From Setoptus koraiensis (Eukaryota; Animalia; Arthropoda): a DNA stretch of 64,000 nucleotides. How positions within the stretch are numbered: the stretch's first letter is position 1; each line of letters starts with the position of its first letter. Under the pieces are notes generated by a model. It searched no databases and was not told the DNA's origin. It was given only the letters and a program-made list of their open reading frames with translations. The stretch is from contig CM106586.1 in NCBI GenBank assembly GCA_048013815.1, forward strand, positions 23,498,001 through 23,562,000, in the 5' to 3' direction. Positions 13,642 through 26,630 of the stretch are shown here, piece after piece. The translations under genes and the position numbers were made by a program.

Positions 13642-13996
13642 GAGAGTGTGCGAAAGAATCATGAGTTTTTCTCAATGTCGTCACGATCAATAGACATTCT
13701 CTTGTTTTTTCGCTCTTTCTGCTGTTTGTAACTTGTTCTCGCAATGCAACTACTGGCACCGAGACAGAGAGCACCGATCAAATAACTGACCAACCATTAA
13801 CTAGCCACATCCTCTGATGAGAGAATCGCTCAGACGAATAGGCAAGAGTCACATACTAACCAACAATCAAGGAAGTATCACAATTGCCACCATTGCGATC
13901 CGGACAAATAATGATGACTAAAAATGTGTATGTATAAATGCGTATGAAATAAATTGGTTTGGCAATAACCAATGGAGAGTTTTTCTGGCGGTTGAG

Positions 13997-14012
13997 TGGC
14001 GCCATCTGGCGG
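13997..14012 (-). promoter_or_regulatory. CTCF-like motif (CCGCCAGATGGCGCC)
   Basis: By-eye match to the CCASYAGRKGGCRS consensus; lies between ftz and Antp. Confidence 0.4.
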
Positions 14013-16696
14013 CCAGTGTCAATATTGTTTGGGTTATGCAAGTTGTAGATTGAATTCTTCTACAACTTCTTTTGCGAATGTGTGCCAATCATTTAATTAT
14101 AAACGCGCTCACAAACTTGCCAGCAAACAAACAATGAACAATGGATATCAATGGTGCAGTTGATTTACAATAGCGCACCGTTCAGGTGACAAGGCGAGTC
14201 TCGCAAACAAGTTGCGGCCGATAAACAATCAGGTTGTTTGCGTGCGTTTGCTGTTATCAAAAACAACTCACCTGGCGCGCACAGTTTGGCGTCACTGTTC
14301 AGACCAATGCCAGCCAAGAGTCGTCGAGTTAGTGAACACAACGAGCTTATCCGCGTTCCACTCACCCGGAAGCCGGCCTTCGATTTGGCCCAAAGGCACA
14401 ATAAAAGCGAGCGTGACGCTTGCTCTCCGCGTAAATACTTTTGTTACTTTGTTCGTTCTCGTCGCGTCTCGTTCAATTCGTTTCACCCACGTTGTTTCTG
14501 CCGTGTGTCTCTTTTGCATTTCGGTGCGTTCGCATTCACTCGTCGCGAACGCATTTTGTTGATTTGCATCTCGTTGATTTGCACCACCACTCGCCACCAT
14601 TTTGCTGGCTGGCTGGCTCTCCAACTTTTGGCTGCCGTTCGGCTTTGTGCCAACTCAAATCTCACGCGTCACTTGATTGCAGTTTGGAGAGGCCCGCTCA
14701 AGTTGAGTTGCTACAGAGATGCTCTGAACACTTTTACCGTCACAACAATTAGACAGCGACAACTCGAGCAATACCTGGTGCAATTAGCTGAAAGTGCGTG
14801 GCGGCGCCCTCTCTCGTCAGTTTTGCGAACTAGATCGGGAACAGCAACTAAGCAGTATTGCGATGATGATTATGTGATTATATCAGTATATGATGAAAAT
14901 AAAACAGTTTGCAAAACAGAGACAAGGCAGAGAGAGAGACATCTCTTGTGATATCTCTCGAAATCGCTGGCAACTTCGTATTCCAACAGTGTGTGTGTGC
15001 GTTCGCTCAGAACCTGGCGATTTTGCCATGCTCGACTTGCCGCTCTCTTTCTGGGCTGTCAGTGGAGTCTGCGAGTTTGCCGAAACTCTTTGGCTGGCTC
15101 CCACCAGCAGCCAAGGACGAGTTTTCTCTCTTTTTCTTTCGGTTTGTCATGTCACATTAATCAATGTCCAGCAAATCAGCGACGGCGAGCATCAGCAGAG
15201 AGTGAGCAGCAACCAATCTTCTCATTTCTCGGGCATTAGATTAGCCTAATATCGCCGTTGCTGGCGTTGGATTCGTTAGCAGCAGCACAGTCGACGGGCA
15301 CAAACACAACTACGGCCGGCGGAGGCTTCGAAATAAGCCGAGAGCAGCGAGAGAAGCCGAAATAGCAGCGGAGGTTGACTGAGCAAACGTTGAGTTGATG
15401 CTGTTGCCGCTGTTGTTGCGAATTGCAGCTACGAATAGGAAACCGAAGCCGGCCCGAATAAGCCAGAATAATGAGTAGACTTCAAACAGAGCGAGAACAG
15501 GGAGACAGGGAGACAAACAAATTGGCCAGCGCCGCATGGGCTCTATATCCTGTCGGCGGTGGACGAGCTCGCTCCGGAGGGCCGGCTCGCAGCTGTAGCG
15601 CTGACGGTGGAGGCACGGGAGGCGCAAAAAGTGAACGAATATGCGGAATTTTCGAAAATATATATTTCGAAAATTGAAAATTCCGCAAATTTGAAACTTG
15701 GAAAAAATATCCAAATTGATTCCCAGTGTCGCCTATAATATAAATAATAAATAAATATGCGCCGGCTGATGTGGCGGCAACAGCGGTCTGAGCGTTATGA
15801 TCGCTTGCACGGATCAATACTCTATAGTGTCCATCTGCTATCTATTGTTGAACTGCTGCTCTCGAACGGCCCCGTTGTTGTCGAAACTGACGATATACTG
15901 ACGATATTACAGGCTGGCCGGCTTAACCGGGCCGCTCGCTGGCGCCAGCGCACTTTACATAACTTATCTACTTATCTTTAATAGGAGTGTGCATATTATT
16001 TATTGAAAAGGCGCACTGTTCGCAGCTGACAAAAGTGACACCCAACACAGATAATCTATATTGGGATATTCACACTATTATAGGTGGCTTATGGGCACCG
16101 GGGCGCCTGGCAGCGATTCCGGCGCGCGTTATCATATCGCGCGCCGAGAGCGTGCACAAACAATATCAAATTGATGGTAGATGCTGCTCGTTCCGGCCCC
16201 AAATCTCTGACCAAAACAAACACATATACATAATTATAATAATAACAATAATAATATACAGTATTATCCAGCGCACACACACACACACACACACTGGCCA
16301 GCATTGCAAGATTAATGTTGTGTAACATCATTGGCCGTGAGCATTGTGCGCGTGTGAGCCCGTATATAGATAAAGATAAAAGACATAAATTATAATTATG
16401 AATAGCTTTATCCCCTTCGGCTGAGGCCCCTGTCGAGCTGAGGCCTGGTCGAGCGCAGCCACTTTCGCTGGATATGCTGCCGCCATGGGCGCGCTGGCGA
16501 TTCGACAAGAACTCATCTCTGTGGCTCTCATTCAATATTCAAGACGGTCGGAAATAGCACGTCATCTATCGAGGCGTGGCCGACGGCATCCTTGACGGGC
16601 CGAGCCGGCGTAATCTCATCACAAACTGACCACTGGCCGGCGTTCGGTGCGCAACCAGACCAGCGAGTTGTGTATTGTTTCGGAACGCTTCGGGGC

Positions 16697-16740
16697 GCCC
16701 ATTTTCGCCCATTCTCGCCCATTTTCGCCCATTTTCGGCC
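16697..16740. repeat. 10-bp tandem repeat GCCCATTTTC x4
   Basis: Direct inspection. Confidence 0.85.
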
Positions 16741-19700
16741 GAAATGCGCCAAGTTGCGGACAAACGCTGTGACGGCCAAATAGAGGGCCTCTCTCATATC
16801 TATTATTATTTCGGCGAGATAACGCCGCCATGGGCCGCCACATGACAGAGGAAGCGGCGAAATCAGTGGAGCAGCAATGCAGATGGCAGATTCATCATGA
16901 GCAACAACTAGCGCTCTATTTCTCTGTTTGTGTGGCTCACATTTTTCGGCCCAATTCTCAAATCTATTTTCGCCCACTCCCTTGCGCAAGAAAAGAAAAA
17001 TAACAGGCAGCCAGAAAAGCCGCCGATAGCATCAAGTAATGGCAAGATCAATCAATGAGTTAGTCATATATAAATCTGGCTGCAAGATTCTGTCCTCTAT
17101 ACACTCTATATGCTTGAGGCGGCCGTTGTGCTGCGGGGCCACTGGGGACCCTATATGAGCCTATATGTAGGCCAGCGGCTCGACAATAGTGAATATAAAT
17201 AAAAATATTCAACGCTAATACCATAGATGTTGATGTCTTGGCGCCCGGCGCTTATAATCCCGACTGCACTGCCATACACGATAGATTCACTTGAGATATC
17301 ACTCGCTCTCTCTCTTACTCTCCGGCGCGCTCTTTACAAACTTCACTAGAGGGTGAATGATGGTGGCATTAAGTTTTTGGCATTCTATCGACACACAAAC
17401 ACTGGAAAATGACCAATGTGACCATTCTCTATCGTGTGTCCAGATCCAGATAAAGAGCAATGAGCAGAGAAGTGGTTTAAAGATGGATTCGCCCCTCTAT
17501 ATTGATTCTTTTTCGATACACACGCACACTCACGACGAGATGAGATCTTTTCGCATCGGTGCAAAGATTTATAAGTGTCTTCGTGAGGCGTTATATATTA
17601 CCACTAGCTTTTATCTATCTCGAAAATCTTTCCCTTTGCCTGGCCTGCTCGTGTGTCGTGCGCGTGTATCAATCATCGCCACTCGTGAGCACCACTACAA
17701 AGGAGGAAACGAGAGAAAAGAGATATTATCCGGTGCTGCTGCCGCTGTGAAATGTGTTACGCTGCACTACGAGTTACAGCCCGAGAATAATCTGAATGTT
17801 TCAACACGATAACTCTTTTCTGGCCTGAGTAGTGCGGCCCCCAAATCGCCGCCGGGGATCCGCCGAGATGCTCCAGTTTTCGTTGTCACACGACTGCCAA
17901 CTCCGGCCCGAGCAGCTCTATATATATTATCTTCATGCGCCCACATGCGGCCGTTTCCAGAACTGGACCAGATTATTTCGCCCCCCGAGCACGTGCTGGC
18001 ACACCTAATACATGTGCTGTATATAGGCTGCATGAATACAAAATATTTGTGCGATATGGACATAATATGGGCGCGCAAATGATCGAGATGCCGCTTGCGT
18101 GTGTGGGCGTGAACGCGGCGAGCGCGATTAGCCGCGCCGACCGAAAATTCCGCGCCGTCGCCAATTGGTCGAGCGGGCCGGCCAGGGGCGCTGTCGGTTG
18201 CGCAATGCAGCAGATAAGTCGCCCATTAATCATTACGGCTTGTTACGGGCAAGCAAACACGACGACGGCGGCGACGACGACGACGAACAACTCAACCGAA
18301 CTGAGCAAAACCAAACAAAGGCGAGCCGAGACAAACGACGATTAGCATACGACGAGCGGGCAGCAATCGCAGCTTGCCGCTGCGACAAGTTGCACAAGTC
18401 AACTTATTCTCCCATTCAGCTCATTACCTGTGCTGGCCTGTCGCTGGCCAGGTAATAAGAATCGCTGGCGAACGTTGTCGTGCATTGCGTCACAGCCAAT
18501 ATGTTTGTGATTGGTGTTTGTCTGGCGTCAATTTTTGCGCAATTCGCTTACACATCGCGCAGTATAGGCCATTGGTCATGTCGTGATGGCACACAAATAG
18601 GCAAATTCGCCAACTGGCCAAATGGCAAATATTCGGCCCAGACAGCGGGCAAATCTGACGAGACGAGACGCACAACAACAAGCGACAGAGTGAAGGAATT
18701 AATGCAAGATTAATTAATTCTGTGCCCGCCAGTGTCGGCCGGCTGGCCAATTGAGCCAATCGGGCCAATTGGTGGGGCAAGTTTGGCGCTGTGCGCCAGT
18801 GGTCACGCACAAGCGAGCGCAACTCGATTTCTGTTCCAATTGTTGGAGCAGTGGCCAACTGGCTCGGATCGGGGCGGAATATCCGAGTTGGTTTGCGTGC
18901 CAACGTTTATCATTCCATTGAAGGGCCGTAAATCATTAGTTGCCACTATTGGCTAGAGATGTTGCTGCTTATCATCGTGGTGGCGGCGGCGGCGGCGGCG
19001 GTGGTGCAAATAGCACGACACACGATCGCAGCGACCGAGTATCACCGACCGGCCGCAACGGCCGCACCGGCACCGAGAGAGATAAACCGCACCGCTGCCT
19101 TACCTGTAGATATAGTGCCCGAGGCGGTGCCCGGTGTGACCATTGTGCGCACTGTTTGGATGCTGAGATTTGTTCCGCCGTTTATTGGTCAAGTTTGTAT
19201 CAAAAACAAACCACTGGCCAGCAGCGCTCCATGAGCGACTGGTGTCAGATTTATACACACTTTGGCGCATTTATATATACATTTATATATATGTGTTTGT
19301 GTTTGCCTGACACTGTTTGATATGGCCACAGTTCGAAATCGCCCTACGTAGAGAATGCGCCGGACGAAATTTGTTTTTCTGCCCTCTCTCTCGCTTTCGC
19401 GCCTGCGAACCTTGGCGTGAAACTTTCTGCGAAATGTCGATACTTTCGTCGATGGAGTTCACATGGACAAGGATTGCACAAAGCGGCGGCAGATCCATAA
19501 TTGTTTCTACATCAGATCTAGATCTATGTGAATCAGTTATTTGCTCTCTGCACTGTTTGTAGCCAGCCAAATGGCCGGCAGTGCGCCAGCAATGGAGTGT
19601 TCGCCGTGATAGGCGCCCACGAAAGAGCGAGGTGCCATCAATTATTACGTAATCATGACTGTTCGGCTAAGTGCAAGAGGTGTTCAACGAGAAACAGAGC

Positions 19701-22700
19701 CATATATCTCTCATTTGTTGTGCTATATATCAGCTAATATCGGACAACATATAGCACTGCCTCCAGAGGGCCAACGGAGAGAGCGGGCGAGCCAGGGACA
19801 GGAATAGGCAAAAAAGTCCAACTAGACTATATATGGCCACTGGATATATATATATTTTTTAGAGAAAAACAACGACAGCCACTCTCGGGTATTGTGCTCG
19901 CCCAATTTCAAGCCGGCGGCGCCGATAGCGATCTATCTAGTGCGCCAACTGGGCTGCTCGACGGTGATTGTGGGGTTTGCCGGGTTTTATATAAAGTGTA
20001 AATGATGTTGTACTTTTCATGATTCACTATCCATTTATTATAGAGCCACTGCTGGCGCTGCTGCTGCTGCTCATTATGTAATTTCTGGAATACGCCAAAC
20101 AAGCGCCAACAACAGCAGCAACAACAACAGCGCCAACAGCACCAGCAACAACAACAGCGCCAACAGCACTAGCAGTGGCAACAAAAACAGTCGGTGACAC
20201 CGATAGAAACAACTGGCACATTTGAGCATCATTGCAAACTTGCGAGCCTCCTGTTATTATATCCGACTACCTGACTATAATATATCTGTCTATATCTAAC
20301 TGTTTCGCAACGCACACGCGTTTCTTGCGTCTGCTGCCCGCGGTAATGATATACTGTTCTATATCACGAGATAACTAAGACATTTATATTCATTTATACA
20401 CTGTATGCAACCAATATATGCAACTGTCGCTTGCGACTGCCACGTATAAACGCGTGCCCCACGCCACATCGGACAGCCTAACAAGGACAACCGAAAAGCA
20501 TATGCTTTGTGATGTGTGTCTGACAATTGTGAGTGCCAATATAGAGCGGCCCCAGTGCCCCACAGGCCAGGTACCTCATTGCGCCAGGCTAGTCGGGTGG
20601 CTCGATTTGAGGCGGCTCGGCTCCGTTCGGCTCCGTTCGGCTCGGATCTCGCACCGACAAAAACGAGCCCCGTACATGCCAGTCCGGACAGCCACTGACA
20701 GACTGCAAACTGGCGCGCTCCTGAAAGGCTAATGATGTGGCTAATTAGCCACTTTGAACATGTGCCCCAGCCGACACGGATGCCCAGTTGTGCCGAGAGA
20801 AGAGTGCGAAAATATATATATCTATATACACGGAATTGCCCAAAATTGCTACAATGACCTATGTGCACAATTAGAGCAGGCGATGACGACACACAATGGA
20901 TTTAATCCGACTGGCGATGGTAATAATTGGAGAGGCGCCAGCAGCTCTGACGCCAGCGACAACACCAGCAAGATACCAATTGTGTGTCGAAATGAGCATC
21001 TCGATTATTTGCGCCATCGCGTGCGCGTTATGGAAACCAAAACAACGATAATAAAAAAAAATTATCGCACAAATATTCGGTATTCATGCAGCGGTATTCA
21101 GGGCCGAAAAATGTCCACTTCTGGAACGGTCGCCTTTGGGTGCGCGAAGACAATATATCTATATATGTATTTGGGGAGCAGATCGGCCTGGACCTGGCCT
21201 CGGTTCGGCAGTCGGGTGACAGCGAAAAATAAATGCCGTTGGAGCATCTCGGTTGGCCGGCGGCGATATCAGGCTCACAACTGGACTGGTCAGAAAATAA
21301 TAACTGTTTAGTAGTCATCCCGTTCGGGAGCATTCGCATTATTCTGGCTGAGCGCAACACCCGAAATTTCGACCCGAGGCGTGTGAGCGTCGAGTCAAAA
21401 TGTCGAGTTCGGAGCGGGTTCGCACAGCGAGTTCGCAGACATTTCGACGCCGCTGCGAAGCCCGTTCGAGGGCGCTCACAAATTCGAGAGACACGCCGAA
21501 ATCCTGTTCGTGACGTGTGTGTTTGCGCGCCACTAAAATGTTGTTGCGTATCCGCTGCCACTGGCACTGCCTGCATGTGTTACGCAACCTAACGATTCTG
21601 ACGGTGCTTGCTGTGTTTTGCTGATTAGCCAATTTGAATATGCGAATATCTGAATTGATCTCTCGCCGGCGCATCCAACTCGTTAGTGGCACACACACAC
21701 ACACAATATCCGCATGCGAGTAGATCAAAATAGATTATAGGACTGTTGCTGCTTATGCAAAATAATTTGCAAATGCCTATAATTTGGGCCAATTTCGCGA
21801 TGCCGTCCGCCGTGAGTGCAGTGTCGCCACCGTCGGCGCAGTTGGGTTCGAGTTTGTCGGGCCGGTTCGAGTTTGCCAGCAGCGACGATTCGTGCAAGCT
21901 CTCAAGCAGCAATGGGCAACAATTCCCGCGTGAACGCAAGCAAGAATGGACGGCCAGTGTGTAGGTGACACCCGCAATTAATCACTGTCCCGAGCTGGCC
22001 TACTCTAATCTACGCGGGCCTATATATCATTTGCATTCTTATTCTGGCTTTTGTGCTCTCTCTGCTCGCTCTGTCCGCTGTCTAGCTGTTTTGCGTTGGT
22101 TTGGCGGCCGGCCGACAGTCGAGTATTTGTGTCACTTTTTCTCAGACGGTCACAGCTCGCGGGAGTTTGTCAGACAGCGCGAAAAGCGCGCCAGAGAAAT
22201 GGCCCCAGATCCGAGTGTGTGTGTGTGTTGCACACGCCAGAGGCGGCACCAACAGCGACAACAGCGCCAGCGACACCAGCGACAACAACAACTGCCACAA
22301 CGACAACGGCGACAACAACAACTGCGACAACAAGCGCCACTAGAGTAACGGAGCCCGCTACGAGCCGGGTCAGCTGTTGGCCTCGGCCGAAACTCGGGCG
22401 ATTTATGTAGGCGCGCCACATTTAAACGAGATGACGTAACTCAAGGCCGGGGCTTATTATTGGGCCGGCCATTGGGATCCGGATTGCGCGGCCCAACAGT
22501 GAGGCCGGCAGCCGAAATGATGCACGGCCGACAAGATTGACGGAGAGAAATATCGCCAACATAGTAACAACACAAGATTGATACGGGATTGAATGAACTA
22601 TTGTCCAATAGTTTATTATTCTTGTGGCGCAACCGTTGACCATCGCCAGCCACTCTACTTGCCCGCTGCTCCGCACCCCCTCCCCCCCATTGGTTTCGCC

Positions 22701-24491
22701 TATAGCGACGGCCTATTTCTGTCGCAATAGGGACCCCGCGCGCCCGCGCGTCTAGCTGGCGCGCGCAATGGGCAGCTTGCATTCAAAAAGCAATTTATCA
22801 ATATCTGGCTCTCTCGCTCACTCACTTGCTTCGATGTGTCTCTCAATATATATAGTTCATCTCTGGCGAACGCAATTCGAATCTAAATATATTGCGCGGC
22901 CGGCAGCATGGCCGGATCGAGAGTTAACATGCCCGCTGACGGCACCAGCGGTGGCCTTGCAAGCCCGACCGGCGTGCAAGCGCCGGATAAACACTGGCAA
23001 CCACCAGCGGCGATTCCGTTGCGAGCGGCTTCCGCAAGCGTCCGCCGCTTGCCGCTCGCCGCTTGCGTTTATCCGGCGCCGTTGGCAGCGCCACGCTCGA
23101 AACGCAGCGAAAAATTAATCTAAATCCCGGCCGGCGGCGGCCACGATTCGACACCGGCACGCCGAGTGAGCTTATTGTGAGCTTAGCCGCGCCCGAGTCT
23201 GCCCAGTCGCCCGGTCGCCCGGGTCGGCCAATCGGTCGGGTCGGCCAGTCGGTCGCGGTGGCCGCACTTGCCCGCAGTTGGACGCGTTCGGCCTGATATG
23301 GCCACTATAGGCTGGCCAATAAATCTACTTGTTGTTGTAGTGGCAGTTTCATAATCAATCATTGATGCAACATGAGATGCCGCCGCCGCTCATACTAGAT
23401 TAGCATCTCTCCCTCTTGCTCTTTTTCTTTTTGCTCCACTTTGTTTGCCACCAACTTATTACGGGCCAGCCAGCCAGTTTTTGCCAGTTGGTTGGTGGCT
23501 GTTTGGCTCGGGCTGCGGCCCGCGAGCGCATCAATTTATTTCTGTTTAGTCGCAACGTATCTAAATTGCGTAATCAATCGATACTCGATCACTCTATAGG
23601 CCCGCGCACCCGGTTGACCGAGCGGCACGGGCCAACTTGGGTCCGTGCCGGCCCACACCCGCCAACCGGGGGCGCCCTATAACGCGTCCGGCTCGATAGA
23701 CCCGTACGCAAATTACCGCTTGCTCGATCACTGCAACTCAATGGTTTGCCAGTATTTTGTGGCCTGTCTATCGGACGCTCGTTATAACGTGCGCTCGCTG
23801 TTGATCTATTTTTAAGTGGCTATTTCAGCACAATCAAGCCAACCACTGCGGCCGCAAATTTGAGGTCGACCGGCCCAGCCCAATAATGACAATTATCGGA
23901 CATTATCATTGGCTCATGTGCGCAAACAACTGTGCAAAAGGCCCTCGCTCTGCACAGTCGTACAAAATACATTTGTATGCGTTCTGCGATTGGTTGTTGC
24001 TGGTGGTTGAAAATGACGACGGACATTACTATTCTATTATTAACATCGCTCATGTTGTTGCTGCGGCCGGCCAATCATGGAGGTTAACTCATTTAAAATA
24101 ATCTAATATGTGGTCGTGCCAGCCTCACCGTTGTAGGTGGCTTTTCGGTGGAATTCGAAATTCGAAATTCGAAATGAATGAAGAACGAACCGAATCGAGT
24201 TCGAACTCGAATTCGAATTCGGATCCTCGCTTTGCGCCCGTCGCTCTGGTGTCCAAGTGTGCGTTTGCACTTACATTCTCGGCCGCCGAAGCAAGGGCAC
24301 GAATACGAATATGAATATTATATTTTGACTGTGCGCACATTAACAAGATTTATTAGTTTGCGTTCATGCTTAGTCACGACGGCGCCTATATTTGCTGCTG
24401 TAGCGCCCACCGCTCGGGCAGCCGTTGGGTGGCACAGTGTCGGACAACGATGCGAGGGGCACTTGGATTAGAGAAATGTTCGCAGTATCAC

Positions 24492-24979
24492 GGGATACGG
24501 TCATTTCATCGGCGAACGGATTTCATTTTCGTGCGCTTCTTCGACGCACAATCCAACGAACGGACACTTCGTAAAACGAGTATTTCGTGGTCGTACATTT
24601 CATACATATACGATCCGATGCTAGAGGTTCATCACTGTGAGAGAGGATGCGAATTTTTAGGTCTTATCATCAGTGTCGCCAATAATGACATCATGAAAGG
24701 TGTTTCGAAACAATGGCGACATAAAGCATCGCAATACACAATTTTCGAAGAAGTCGAGGCTAACTCTGGAAAAAAATATCGTTTCAATCGTGCAAACTAA
24801 GACAACATTGACCAATCTACTTTTGTTGACCTAGCCACATTGCAGAATGTCTCATGCGGGACAGATTGAGCGAGTTATCGAAGATATCACTCGATACCAG
24901 GGCGAATGGTCACGATATGCAGTCTGGTTCAGCTATGTAGCAACTATCATTTGAACGGCTTGATCAGCATAGACCATTT
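24492..24979. mobile_element. Dispersed repeat family 1, left-half copy
   Basis: Aligns to 29030..29501, with a small insertion near 24905. Confidence 0.65.
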
Positions 24980-25665
24980 GGCAACATCGGTGGTAAACAC
25001 TGCTTCCTACTCGAGATACTCCACTCCAATCAGCTCAAGTTCATTTTCTGAAAACTCTAGCTATTGTAGCTTGTCTTGCATCAAACAATCTCGCTCTAAT
25101 AGCCATCACACCAGTGGAGTCTGCTTAGGCCACCAGAGTCATTAATAGGTCCAACAGAATCGGTTATCACCCTTGAGAAATCATGTGAAAATTTGGCTTT
25201 CTGCGGTAAATAGGTGAAAAATCTCTGAATGAAATCCTATGAAATATAGCGTTCAGAATTTGATGTTACGAATTTTCAGAGTTTTCATCCGGCCAGGAAT
25301 GAATCGGTGAATAAACGACTTCGCTGGCCCTATTTATTAATATTATCATGTATAGTTTAATAGAAATATGTACGGTTAACCTTTGCTATCACTGCAGTGT
25401 CGAGATTTTTCGAACGAATCGTATCACGTTCGCAGCCCATTCAAAATAAATTTATCTCTGTATACACCCTTGCTTCAATTAGTGTATTCTATTAGATTGC
25501 GTCATCATAATTATCATAACTTGTTATTAGTGAATTTTGATTATCAGCATTATTCGACTCAATAATCATTATTATTGTTGATTATTGATTGCTCATCTAT
25601 CACACATTTAGTTTGTAGTAAACAGCTGCAGTTATAAGTTCCAGGGATGGACTTGTTCAACGCAA

Positions 25666-26051
25666 GATTGCCAATCCGGCAAACTGATCACTGCAAGCCA
25701 ATAACTGGGGCCAACAGAATCGATTGTTCACCGATGTATTTCCAACTAAGTGAAAACCCCGAAAATTCGTATGCGGGTCATAAGTGAGTCATTTGATACA
25801 CACTTGTTCTCACCGGAATACCAAATCCAGGGGCTTTTTCTCGTTTCTACCGAAATTTATTTCTCTCGATACCAATAGGAATATGATGGAATTGAAAGAT
25901 TTTCCGCAATGGACAAGTGATTTTTAGAGACAGACAGTGTTGATAGATCTAAAAACACTTGCAATATGAATTATAGTATCGGACAGTTTAATTTTGGTGT
26001 CTGAGTGTACGGATTGGTTGCCAACTGTAGGTTTCGGTTGAACACTGTAAG
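25666..26051. mobile_element. Dispersed repeat family 2 copy (MITE or transposon relic)
   Basis: Reverse complement of 50881..51269 over about 390 bp. Shorter related units occur at about 25147..25200, 25268..25332 and 40920..40985. Confidence 0.62.
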
Positions 26052-26169
26052 CTTTATTAGGTCGACTGAACACTATATTTCATAGTCGCATGTGCAGATT
26101 TTTCACCTGTCTGCCGAAAAAAGTCAGATTTTCGCATGATTTCTACCGATTTAACAGCAAGAGTGACCA

Positions 26170-26630
26170 TCGATCGTGTTGGCACTGACAAAAAAGCATC
26201 GTAATATCAAAAATATCCTTTTCTGCCACACGATCATCATTCAAGCGCCAGGGGAACATGGTTGACTGTCATGGTAGAAGTACTATCATTGTCGTCAAAA
26301 TTAGGGGGCTACATATTATTCTGGAATGACAGTCATTCATGAGACTCCTAGAGCAAGGTTGTTGTTGCAAGCACCGAGAACACAGGTGAAACACTCCTCG
26401 ACGCAGCCTTGAAACACATCGCTGACCAGACTAAATGGGAAAATATCAAAGATATTTCCTATAAATTGAATGCAAATGGTTGCGATGCTTCTGTCGTCAT
26501 TGTATCGCTTTGTTGATGGTTTAGATTGCATTCTGTTGGATATGGGTGACTTAGTTGTGGGCAAAAATGACAGAAGCTCTGTGCTTTGTTTCTTGCAAGC
26601 GGCTGCTCCGGTTCGATGAAATATACTTGT
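26170..26630 (+). pseudogene. Decayed coding-like relic next to repeat family 2
   Basis: Manual translation gives protein-like stretches (SKVVVASTENTGETLLDAALKHIADQTKWENIKDISYKLN...; VDGLDCILLDMGDLVVGKNDRSSVLCFLQ) broken by stops and a frameshift. Confidence 0.25.

Noticed and set aside
14238-14951. 237-aa plus-strand ORF
   Set aside because: No recognisable domain, R/S/L-rich composition typical of chance ORFs in CG-rich DNA, and no splice or paralogue support.
20754-21311. 185-aa plus-strand ORF (also 17357..17812 and 42529..43221)
   Set aside because: No homology recognised, they include microsatellite or tandem-repeat-derived stretches, and such lengths are expected by chance in 64 kb.
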